A DNA stretch of 63,904 nt, the filler included, from Folioceros fuciformis (lineage: Eukaryota): assembly GCA_049999805.1 (NCBI GenBank). It is 6 parts of 6 records of this genome, joined end to end, with 100 filler letters (N's around TTAATTAATTAA, not from the genome) between each part and the next. Parts side by side here need not be neighbours in the genome. Positions count along the whole stretch, not along the records: positions 1 to 15,265 come from JBNGIO010004580.1; positions 15,366 to 32,394 come from JBNGIO010004581.1; 4 more parts are not named here. One strand, 5' to 3'. How positions within the stretch are numbered: the stretch's first letter is position 1; each line of letters starts with the position of its first letter. A program made the position numbers and the translations under genes. Below the pieces are notes generated by a model. That model searched no databases, had not been told where the DNA came from, and saw only the letters and a program-made list of their open reading frames with translations. Shown in pieces: positions 10,279 through 21,381 of the stretch.

Positions 10279-13200
10279 ATGGCATCTAGCAGTCTACCTA
10301 CCTTCACCTCAGAACTTAAGGAGAAGGATAGGTTCAAAGGGCATGGGTACAACGTCTGGAGGGTGAGGATGAAGGCCACCTTGCTGGCCAGGGGAGTTTG
10401 GACCACTGTAGATGGAACATACCTCAAACCTGACCCGTCCAGCAGCCCAGCACCAACCCCAGAAGAGATTGCCAAATGGGAGCAGTTCAATGCAATTGCT
10501 GTCACGCTGATTATTGGTGGACTGGACTCAGACCTTGTCCCTGATGTGGAATACCTCACATCTGCACACGCCATATGGGATCAGTTAGAGAAAACCTACA
10601 AAATTCAGAACATGATGACTCTATGCGAAGTAAGGCAGGAGTTCTACTCTCTGAAAATGAAGGAGGGAGACAAAGTAGCTTCCCACGTCTGCAAGTTTAG
10701 ACACCTACGTGCTCAACTTACAGCTATGACAGGAGAGAAGATGTCGGAAGTGGACGCTATCGCCCAGCTCCTGACCAGTCTCCCTGCCTCGTACCAGACC
10801 TTTGTGACAAGTCAAAATGGTCCCATACGTGCTGCAGCTGCTGCCTCCGGCCAGTCAGTGACCATCACCCTGGAGGAGGTGATTGGTGCACTGTTCCAGG
10901 AGGAGCAGAGTTGCACTTTCTCCTCAGCTGCCAAGAACAGAGGGGAGAAAGCATTAGTGACCAATTTCCGCAAAGGCAAGTCAAGGTTCCGAGGAGGAAT
11001 AGCACAAGGACAGAGGGGAGAACCCTCCAATGCTGCCAAACGCCCTGACAGTTGCAACTGGTGTGGCCTCCCTGGCCACTGGGCAAGAGAATGCCGCAAA
11101 CGGAAGGCAGGTGAGCCCCAACGTCAGCCAAAGGCTACAGCAAATGTAGCAGTGAAGCAGAGCAAATCAGACTCCAAGGCCCCCGTGAAGATACTTACAG
11201 TATGCCTGTTCAGCACACAGAGTGATGACAACTGCTGGTATCTTGATTCGGGGGCCACCACTCACATCTGCAAGAAAAAGGAACTTTTCAGAACCCTAGA
11301 CCTGACGCAAACAGGGGGTCAGGTATTTCTTGCGGATGAACAAAGTAAGTCACGCTTACCTATTCAGGGTAGAGGCACTTGTGTCTTCACACTGCATGAT
11401 GGCACAGAGTTAACCCTAGATGATGTCATCTATGTCCCAAGCATGGCCAAAAACCTCATGTCTATGAGTCAGATCATGCGTCAACGCATGTTCTACATGC
11501 ATGCAGACTCTGAACACTGCTGTTTCTACAGGCAGTCATCTCCCCACACATGTGTTTTCGAGGGTCTGCCCGAAAGTAACCTGTACAGACTTAACATTAC
11601 CTGTACAGGCTACTCATATGAGGCTACTCACTCAACCTCATCTTTTAACCTAAGTCAAGAACAACAGGCCTTGCTTTGGCACGCCCGTTTGGGCCACATC
11701 AACAAGTCCAAGTTGATAGACATGTCAGTCTTAAGATGCCATCGTGAGCCTCTACCGAAATGCTTTAAACAACTACCTGTGTGTGAACCTTGCATACTAG
11801 CCAAGCAAAAGGAGCTGCCACTCCCTAACTCACCTGCACAGAGAGCCACAAGAGCCCTTGAGTTAGTCCATGCTAACATCTCGGGCAAGGTCCATGAGCC
11901 CTCACTAGGAGGTGCCCGCTACTTCTTCACTATAACTAATGACTACAGCCGGTACACATGGACATTTCCAATGGAACTCAAGAGTGACACTTATGGATTT
12001 TTCAAGGATTGGCTTACCACTGCTCAGCGACAGTTTGGGCAGCTCTTGAAGACCTTTAGGACAGACAATGGCACTGAATTTGTTAACTCCAACTTTGAAG
12101 ACCTGCTGCAGTCTCATGGGATACTGCACCAGACAACAGTGCCCTATACGCCCCAACAAAACGGAGTATCAGAAAGGAAAAATCAGACTTTACTGTCCAT
12201 GACAAGAAGCATGTTGTTATGGGCAGGCTTACCTCAGGGTTATTGGGCGGAGGCTATAGTGACAGCGACGTACATCCTCAACCGTGTCCTCACCAGCATT
12301 GTCCCAAACAAAACCCCATTTGAGGTATTTTGGAACAAGAAGCCCAGCCTCCTCCACCTCCGGGTCTTTGGATCCCGCGCTTATGCCTATATACCTAAGG
12401 AGAAAAGACATAAGTTAGACAGCCGCGCTGAGGCACTTATCCTGGTTGGCTACGGTGAACACTCAAAAGCCTACAAGCTGTATAACCCAGACACTGATAC
12501 TATTGTTCTTGCTAGGAGAGTCACCTTTGTTGAACTCCATAGTCTTGCCTCCGAACACAGCCCACCAGAGGACCCTACAACTTCCTCTCCGGCTGATCAA
12601 CCTGCTGTTTTCCCCCTTGATGATGATGAGCCTGAACCCGTGGTTCCACCTCCTATGCCTGCAAAAAGTCACAATTTAGACCTTCCCCACCACATTGAGG
12701 CAGACGCAGATGCATATGTTGAAGGCGAAACCATAGATGCAGACACCATGGATGCCATCCCTGCTCAACCTGTGTTGGACGCAGAGGGGGATGTAGGGCT
12801 AGCTGATGATACACATACCTTGGCTAACCCTGCACAGCCTCCACCCCAGGTTGACCCAGATGTCGATCTCCCCCGCCGTTCCACACGTCACAGACCTCCT
12901 CCATCTGAATGGAAGGAACCTCCCTATGCATCCACTGATTTTCGAACCCATGCAGTCCCCTCCCTCGGACCAGCTTTGTCCTTACCTGAGGAACCCACTA
13001 CATTAACTCAGGCATTCACAGGTCCTCAACTTGAGCAATGGAAGCAGGCAGTTGAGGAAGAATACCAATCCTTGGTGAAGAACAAAACCTGGACGCTCAC
13101 TGATCTCCCTCCAGGCAGGAAAGCCATATCCTGCAAATGGACATTCAAACTAAAATTAAATGCCAAAGGTGAAGTTGCCAGGTTCAAAGCACGACTTGTG

Positions 13201-14577
13201 GCGCAAGGATTCACTCAAGTGGAAGGGCTGGACTACCAGGAAACATTCTCACCTGTAGTTCGCAGCCAATCCATTCGCCTCATCCTTGCTTATGCCACAG
13301 AGTTTGACCTTGACCTCGAGCAAATGGACGTATGCACTGCCTTCTTGTATGGGATCCTTGAGGAGGAGCTGTATATGTTTCAGCCTGAAGGCTTTGAAAA
13401 CCCTGCACACCCGCATCAAGTTCTCAGGTTACTGAAATGTATCTACGGACTGAAGCAAAGTGGCAGGGTATGGTATCTTACAATGCATGTTTACCTAATC
13501 AGCATTGACTTCGTTCAGAATACTGCTGACACAAACGTATACATGCTCATGAGAGGAACCTCTACTGTGCTCCTTGCTCTCTACGTCGACGACTTGATCC
13601 TTGCTACAAACGACCATGCACTGTTAGCAGACGTAAAGAAGTAGCTACACCAGAGGTTTGACATGAAGGACATTGGAGAGTTGAGGTACTGCCTAGGCAT
13701 TCAAATTCTGCGAGTTCGCGATGCTGGGATCATGTATATACACCAGAGAAAGTATATAACTGAAATCCTACGCAAGTTCCATCTAGACCAGGCAAGACCT
13801 GCCACGACTCCATATGCAGTTGGCACCAAATTAACTCGCCGGCAGAGCCCACAAACCCCAGATGAATTGAAGGACATGGAGGGCGTACCTTATAGGCACG
13901 CAGTGGGTAGCTTGTTGTTCGTCGCCAACTGGACACGGCCCGATATACAGTACGCTATCAGCACGGTATCCCAATTCCTTGAGTGTCCCGGGAGAATTCA
14001 CTGGACAGCAGTGAAACGAATTTTTCGTTATCTCCAGGGCACGATAAACTATGGCCTCATGTACAGGAGAAGTGGGGACCAACGACTCACCTTATCTGGT
14101 TACTCAGACGCTGATTGGGCCTCGGATTCAGACTCCAGGCGTAGCATTTCCTCTTATTGTTTTCATCTTGCTTCAGCAGCAGTCACCTGGAGCAGCAAAA
14201 AACAGACCACCATTGCCCTTAGCTCCACTGAAGCTGAATATAAGTCGCTGATTGAAGCAGCCAAAGAAGCAGAGTGGGAAAGAAGTTTCCTTACAGGTCT
14301 TGGCCACCCGCAACCAGATCCCACAATTATCTTATGTGACAATACTTCAGCCCTGGAGCTTGTATCCAAGCCAACCTTCCACGCACGAACGAAGCACATC
14401 GAAGTGCACCATCACTATATTCGAGATCCGGTATCCAGGGGCATCATCAAGGTTAGTCACGTAAGTACAGACTCAAACACGGCAGACATTTTTACAAAGG
14501 GTTTGCCCAAGCTCCCCCACTATCTACATATGCAGGGGCTTGGCCTCAGTGACTATTCTGCCCACATTGACACATGA
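10279..14577 (+). pseudogene. Copia gag-pol polyprotein with one in-frame stop (TAG 13642-13644)
   Basis: YNVWRVRMK gag, CNWCGLPGHWAREC knuckle, WYLDSGAT protease, WHARLGH..CEPC and RTDNGTEF integrase, LYVDDL RT, YSDADWA..RTKHIEV RNase H. The same frame continues on both sides of the stop. Confidence 0.95.
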
Positions 14578-15309
14578 AAGGGCTGCGTGAATGACAGGGG
14601 GAAACCAGCAAGCTACCTGTGGACGGCTGACCGAGCTGATGCCGCATATTCCCCCTTGCAGCCCCTACAGCCCAGCTTCCACACTCACCTGTCACACGAG
14701 GGTGCACGGCTATGCCGATCAGCTAAACCTAACCAACGAGATACAACCAGGCATCGCTGGTTATCAGTGGTCAAGCCACGATGCCCGCCCGCAACCAAAA
14801 CTGACTTACCAGATGGATGAAGCTTCAGCGTTGATATAAGCATCTGGCCTCAGTACCGCTAGGATCCAACAGCATACCATGGCGCCTGCGGCTTGCCAAC
14901 ATACAGATCAAGAGCCAAGACGCAGATCCGATCTTTTCACCACCTTGCACAAACGAGAGAAAAAGAGCTGCAGTCTCTGGAGCAGGCGCGCAAGGGGATA
15001 CCTGCAGCCTTTACAGCTCGAATGTCTCTCCAGTGCGCGCAGCCTGCAGAGACACAGCCCAACATCAGGAAACCAGCCACAGACCCGATTCCTCGCCAGT
15101 GTTGGATTAATAACCCCGACGGTTAAATATCCCTACTTACTTTTAGGTTATGTTATTTAGGGTTAATAGGGTACTTTTTGTATATAACATTTTTCTGCTC
15201 ATTATTGAATACACATCATTTTGTTCTATTGCTCTCGCATGCCTCTGCATGCTGGCCTTTCTTGCNNNNNNNNNNNNNNNNNNNNNNNNNNNNNNNNNNN
15301 NNNNNNNNN

Positions 15310-15321
15310 TTAATTAATTAA
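15310..15321. other. Artificial scaffold linker TTAATTAATTAA in N-run (also 32439-32450, 44766-44777, 58038-58049, 61047-61058)
   Basis: Identical 12-mer with stops in all six frames, centred in five N-gaps. Confidence 0.95.
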
Positions 15322-15861
15322 NNNNNNNNNNNNNNNNNNNNNNNNNNNNNNNNNNNNNNNNNNNNACTCCCAACAGGTAACATTTAGGGAGGGTGGACTG
15401 TAGTAGCCTTCCCACGACCGAACTGACAGCAAGATTGTCCTCCTCTTTTTGGAAATATCTTGCTTCCGTAAGAACGTCCTCCAGAGGGCAAAGCTGCAAA
15501 CTTGAGCCTTCTTTTGTTGTTCCTAAGGCATAATCTTGAGTGGTGCCCGCCCGAGTTTGTCCTTGAGCACAATCCACCTTAGGTGTCCGTACCTGCGAGT
15601 CTTCCTCTATCGCGGCTTTTGTCCGGCTAAGCATTAGGAAGGTTAGATTCCGTCAACACTGCGTTTTTCCCCTGCACCTTCTGTTTATTAGCACACAAGC
15701 CGACCACTACGCCCATGTGCCACCTGCCGAGCCCCATGTGGGGGGCTCATTGCCTCCATAGAGCCACCGAGCTATCAACCCTCCGCCATGGGTGGAGCAA
15801 GCCTCAACGCTAGGTCCCCTTCATGACGGCCTCTTTTGAATTCGACCACGGGGCTGCTATC

Positions 15862-18790
15862 TTAGCAAACATATGTACGAACTTTTGTACACGGAAGCCA
15901 AACCCATAAAACTTTGCACCTCATGAATGTTTCGAGGGGGCTGCCAATCTTAAATGGCCTTAACTTTATCAGGATCCATCCTGATGCCCTTGGCAGAGAA
16001 ATGAAACCTAAGAATGGAATATCTGTCTTGACAAAATCACACCTTTTGATTGCCAAGAACAAAGAATTCTCTCTTAGTCTCTATAACACTTTCCTCAAGT
16101 GTTCAACATGTTCCTCCAAGGTATGACTATAGATCAAAATTTCATCCAGATATATTACAACACACTTGTCCACCAAATCTATGAATATAGTATTCATAAG
16201 AGTTTAAAATGTGGCAAGTGCGTTAGTAAGTCCAAATGGCATGACAAGAAACTCAAAAGATCCATACTTTGTTCTAGATGTCGTTTTGTACTCATGCCCC
16301 TTCAGCAATCCTGATCTAATCGTACCCTGCCATTAGGTCTAGCTTGGTGAAATACTGGGCACCCTTTAACTTGTCAAACATGTCATCCGTTCTCAGCAAA
16401 GGATATGCATTCTTGATTATCATATGGTTCAAAGCTTTGTAATCCAAACACAATTCGAGTCCTCCATTCTTTTTGCTCATGAATAACACAGGCGCACCAA
16501 AGGAAGACTTACAAACTCTAACATATCCCTTTGCCAACAGGTTAGATAGTTGTCGCTTGAGTTCTTGCAACTCATCTTGTGACAATCTATATGGTGCTCT
16601 CGAAGGAGGCATACTCCCTGGCTTCAACTCAATCTCATGATCCACAACTCTGCGAGACGACAATGGTGGCAACTCATTTGGTATCAAGTTCTTGAACTCA
16701 TCTAGTATACCTTGTACTTCTTTTGGGATGTCTTTCTTCTTTGTGGAATCTTCTTCCAAACAATCCTCTAGCCTTAGAGTACAACCAAGTATAACTTCTT
16801 CTTTTTTCTCAGGTCTTTCTTAAGCTCTCTTTTGTAATGAGCTGTACTGATACACTCTCAAGCCTCTGGCTTCTACTAGCACAACTCACTTTGGGCTTCC
16901 TGGATATCTCAATAGTGCATGACTCAACATCCATATGCACTTCTTTAGATCTCAACCACTCCAGACTTAAGATGATATCATGGTCGTCCATCTTTACGAC
17001 TGTAAAACTCACGCTTTCTTGCCACGCCTTAACTTGCAGGTTTACTCCATGTAATTTACTCAGAAATTGCAAAGTCCTTTTAGCTTGCTTGATTCTATAT
17101 GGCGTGGAAGTTTCAGTCCATTCAAGGCCAAGCTCTCTTGCCTTACGTGAAGTTACAAAATTATGGGTGGTTGTAGAATCTAACAACAACTCTACATCAA
17201 AGCCATTCATCTTGCCACGTATATACATCAAGTCTCTACCCTCCTTAGGAATAGTGTCATCCTAAACACTCGATAACTCACCACATGTCCTCACAACATG
17301 TGGCCCTTGGCGTCACCTGGACTCTTCAAGGAGTTCTTGGATCTTGGCTCTTGGAAATAGGTGGATTTACAGCAACTAAATTCAAGTTGGGAGCTCCTAC
17401 ATGTGGACAATTTCTAGCAAAATGTCCTTGCTCTCCTCCACAACTATAACATACACCAGAGGTAGGCATTGCACGTCGTCTTCCACGACTCCTCTTATCG
17501 CCTCTACCTCGGCCTGTGCCAGTAGTCTCAATAATTGCACTGTTCCCAGTGACGGTGGCTCGTCCTTTGCCTCTAGATCTACCTTGAGATCTAGGATATC
17601 TCCCTCTCGAGATTGGAGCCTCCTGAACAAACATGTCTAGTATGGGATCTGCTGCTGCCATAGCCTCTTGGAGCGTCTGAGGATTAGTCAACGCAACCTT
17701 GTTCTGAGCCCACCTTTTAAGGCCAATAGTGAACTTGTGGAGTTTGTCCTGCTCATGCATCTCAGGACATTGTAAGACAATAGAGCTAAATTCACTCACA
17801 TACTCCAACAAAGTTCCAGTATGCTTGACATTGTCGAGCATCTTTCGCACCAAACTCGCAGCATTAGCGGGTTGGAAACGGAGTTACAGCGCTTTCTTAA
17901 AGCATGCCCATGTGAAGATTGTTGCTTTGTGATTGCCTTGCCTTACTCTCTCTACGTAAGTCCTCCACCAAGTAAGAGCATAATCGTCCAAGAAATTTGT
18001 GACGTGCTTCAAGTACTCATCTTGCGGCACTCTGCATGATTCCAAGTACGCTTCCAAAGAGAAAAACCAAGAACTGATTATCTCTACGTCACGCTCGCCC
18101 TTGTAACTCTCAAGGACTTGAACACTCAATCTCAATTTCTTGGCCTTTTTAGAAGCACTGATCTCAGGCTCGGGTTGTCACACTCGCCCTTGTAACTCTT
18201 AGGGGCTTGAACACTCAATCTCGATTTCTTGGCCTTTTTAGAAGCATTGATCTCAGGCTCAGGCTCCACTTCTTCCAACTCTTCTTCAATGAGCCTCCGT
18301 TTGCCTTTGATCTCTTGATCTAGGGCGTCAAGTCTCCTCATGATTTTCTGGAGCTGGTCCTCTATGGTGGTGCCGATCCTCTGCTCCAAAGTTTCTTCCT
18401 CCGTCGTTCTCATGACTTGAGGATCCGCCTGTGGCTCTTCCACAACGGCTTCGATAAGCGGGACCTTATCCTTCCTGCGGCGTACCCTCTCCGCAAAGCC
18501 ACAACAGCTTCGGTAAGTGGGGCCTTATCCTTCCTGCGGCGTACCCTCTTCGCAGAGCCACAATGGCTTCGATAAGCGGGGCCTTATCCTTCCTGCGGCG
18601 TACCCTCTCCGCAGAGCCACAACGGCTTCGGTAAGCGAGGCCTTATCCTTCCTGCGGCATACCCTCTCCGCTCTGCTTAGCTCACTAACTAGCATACTAG
18701 TTAAGGATGCTTCAACCTATGCACTGATATCGACCGCTCCTTCACGCTATCCTGAAGTTGTTGAAAGCCTTGAACGCTATTGGATGCACT
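15862..18790 (-). mobile_element. Decayed, 3'-truncated Ty3/Gypsy retrotransposon (gag, protease, RT)
   Basis: Gag ALTWW..TWACFKKAL, knuckle CYSCGGEQGHFARNC, protease LLDSTTTHNF, RT PYRLS..LCLDYKALN..FTKLDL and VIYLDEILIY. Several frameshifts; degenerate PBS-like gcactgatatc at ~18721-18731. Confidence 0.92.
18440..18671. repeat. 59-bp tandem repeat, ~4 copies, in the Gypsy 5' region
   Basis: Unit ccacaacggcttcgataagcggggccttatccttcctgcggcgtaccctctccgcagag. Confidence 0.92.
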
Positions 18791-19128
18791 AGATACACAC
18801 TGGAGGAAAAAGGTTTAGTGCTGAGGAGTGAACCAAAATATAAATTATAAATACGTATGTTAGAATCTTAGAGAAAGAGAGTCGAACAACATTTTGTTGC
18901 CGCGCAAATTGTTACACAGTACACTGCCACTACATACTCACTTTCGAGCGATGCTTTGCGAGGACCACAGCTTCTCTTTATTGCGCACACGACTTCCGGC
19001 ATTCCTAGCCCAGCAAGTGTGACTAGAAAGCGACGGGGGCCTACTCGAGGCCTATTCAATGAGGTGGCAGAATTGGAGTGAAAGGAATTGGAGGCTATTG
19101 TACTAGTATACTGTGAAGGAGACGGGGG

Positions 19129-20274
19129 TTAAATCAGGGCTTGCATTCCCAGCTTCTGCATCTCTCTGAGCTGCCATCGTCCTGAACCTTCCCTCAATGT
19201 CTCTTCAGTGAAGACATGCTCCATGGCCCACAGGTAGTATACCGTGTGGATATCGTCCTTAGCTCCTTCCACTATGTTGCCAGCCTGGTCTCGAGCACAG
19301 TTGATCTGCTGGGTATGGAAGGAGACGATAATGACCGGCTCGTTGCCCAGCAGTTTAGTCTCCTTCACCTGGACATCGGAGACGTGCAGGATCTTGTTAT
19401 CCAGAAACCAGCCCATGGTGCGGAGGGCCTTCGTCTCTGCCCCGCAGCGGATGAGGACGGACTCGCTGCAGCTGTTCTTCAGTGCCTCAGTGTCGCCCTT
19501 GAGGTACGCTTGCAGAACTGGCCTCACGCACTTTTGCACCTCCGAGATGAAGTCAGGGTAGGAGAAGGTGGGATCCCGCTTGCGGATCTCCCTTATGGCC
19601 ATAGCAGTCGCTGTTTCTCCGAACATGGACTCGTTCAGGTCCTGGATTTTGTGCACCACGGGGCTGTCACTCGTCTCCCACGTCTCTCGAATGTCTTCTG
19701 CAATCTCCTGGCCCCTCGTCACTACCGGATGCTGCTTCACTTTGCTCAACTTTTTGAACAGAGGATGACCCTGAGCTTTGGACTTGACGTCGTCCCAACG
19801 CTCTTCCCATGCCGTTTTCTTCCTTCTAACGTTCACAATCGCAGTGGCACTGGTGTCCGGCGCCACAGTGGGAGCAGGAGGTCCACTGGGCCTCTTCCGA
19901 GGGCCAGTGCTCGTCAGCTCCTCTTTCAGAAACGCGTACCCGTCCTTGGCAACATCCAGCACCTTGGCATCCTTAACCCTCCTAAAAGCTGCTGCAGCTG
20001 TCGATGTCGCCCTAATTACCCCCCTTCCGACCTTATCCACAAACGTTTCCCCACCTACAGCGTCTTGCCCAACTCCCGTCCCAGCACCCTGCCCTGCGCT
20101 GCTACTGCTGGACCCCGCTGCCTCCTCCCCTGCCCTACTGTGTGCCCTAGCTGTACCGATTCTATATTCCAAGCTTTGCAACTCAAATGCACTACCAATG
20201 AGACAATCCCCTCCCACAACACTTCGACTGTCACCCGCAGCTACCCTGCCTCTGCCTCCCACGATCTGTGCCAC
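19129..20274 (-). CDS. TIM44: Mitochondrial import translocase subunit TIM44 (true start unresolved)
   Basis: EDIRETWETSDSPVVHKIQD, IRKRDPTFS..F, FHTQQINCARD..GNIVEGAKDDIHTVYYLWAM, WQLREMQ match the plant Tim44 C-terminal domain. Confidence 0.92.
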   Translation of the reverse strand: MAQIVGGRGRVAAGDSRSVVGGDCLIGSAFELQSLEYRIGTARAHSRAGEEAAGSSSSSAGQGAGTGVGQDAVGGETFVDKVGRGVIRATSTAAAAFRRVKDAKVLDVAKDGYAFLKEELTSTGPRKRPSGPPAPTVAPDTSATAIVNVRRKKTAWEERWDDVKSKAQGHPLFKKLSKVKQHPVVTRGQEIAEDIRETWETSDSPVVHKIQDLNESMFGETATAMAIREIRKRDPTFSYPDFISEVQKCVRPVLQAYLKGDTEALKNSCSESVLIRCGAETKALRTMGWFLDNKILHVSDVQVKETKLLGNEPVIIVSFHTQQINCARDQAGNIVEGAKDDIHTVYYLWAMEHVFTEETLREGSGRWQLREMQKLGMQALI

Positions 20275-21381
20275 AACAAAACATGCTCACATTCAGCGCT
20301 CCCATGCCACCTCATGGCTCTACCTCCACCCAACCTTATGCCTCCCTGATTTAGGGTTTCGCAATCCGGCAACCAGCAATCCAAGACCAGAAAACAAAGA
20401 CAAAATTGCCCAACGCACCAACCTGCCCTTGTGTCTGATAGACTCGCCATCTCAGGCCCGGCGAATATGCTGCAGCAGCTCTCTGCAAATCCACACAACA
20501 CAAACAAAACCAGGCCCCGACGTCAGCTACTGAACACGAAATCCGTCCCCTGCAGAGAACAACCCTTCCCCACCGGATTCATTACCCGCACGGCTCTGAA
20601 AGCAGCTATACTCATCGGAATCACCCCAAATGAGAGATAGTCCCCTGTCGCATCAATTTCACCAGAGAATTCTGAAAATCTGCACAATCGGGCACCTCAG
20701 GTCAGCCATAACTGCATTCCCAGCTCAACAAACAGAATTCAGATGCCCAGAGGCCAGCGATGGGGCACTCACAGAGAAAAGCGACCGCGCATGGATCTGC
20801 CAGCGACACAAGCAGCTAGCTGGGCCTGGAATACGACAAGCTCCCAGCTCCAGTTGTCGGTCCTGGCTATGGGTTTCTTAGGGTTTCGTCTACACTCCAC
20901 ACGCGTTCACGTAACCTACCGTAATGAAACCCCAGGCCCCACAGCCCGTTATGGTAAAGGTATGGTTGCAGGTGCAGAAGGTGTGCCGGTAGGCACAACC
21001 ACGGTGGTTGGGCCTATCCACTGTCAGGTCCAGGGCCAGAGGGCCGGGCCAGGGCCCGTTTTTTTCGGAAAATCGGAAAATACGGGCCTGTTCGACTTGG
21101 AATAACAAAGGGTCGATGTAGGCGGGAGAGACATCGCATCCTCCGTCCCGGGTGCGGCTTGTCCGTCCGCCTGGCACATTCTTTGTGTTGCTCGCTGCCG
21201 GGCATTGCCAAGCTCGCCTCGGAGCTCACGTGTCTGCTCTAGCAGCATTTCAGCTACTCCTGCTCGCGTGCTGTCTCTGGTTCAGAAGCAGAAGCCGGAA
21301 TTCGAGTTGCATCAGCGGATTGCCGGTTTCAGGCAGCAGATCTGGTGAAGCAATTTCTTGCGTGCAGCTGCGAGGACAGAC

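Larger units (their letters stand above)
8987..15099 (+). mobile_element. Ty1/Copia LTR retrotransposon, near full length, matching 3' LTR not seen
   Basis: LTR, PBS and gag-pol in Copia order (GAG, zinc knuckle, protease, integrase, RT, RNase H). Confidence 0.95.

Noticed and set aside
13642-13650. Programmed readthrough at TAG-CTA in Copia pol
   Set aside because: It falls in the middle of RT, not at a gag/pol boundary, and co-occurs with other transition lesions; a simple nonsense mutation is more likely.
15310-15321. Recurrent palindromic TTAATTAATTAA (five sites) as a biological motif
   Set aside because: Always centred in N-runs and gives stops in all six frames: an assembly linker.
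15366-15860. 106-aa minus-strand ORF next to the Gypsy fragment
   Set aside because: No recognisable domain; truncated by a gap and cannot be assigned.
19216-20533. Long plus-strand ORFs (377 aa, 251 aa) opposite TIM44
   Set aside because: Antisense shadows of a GC-rich CDS with no recognisable motifs.
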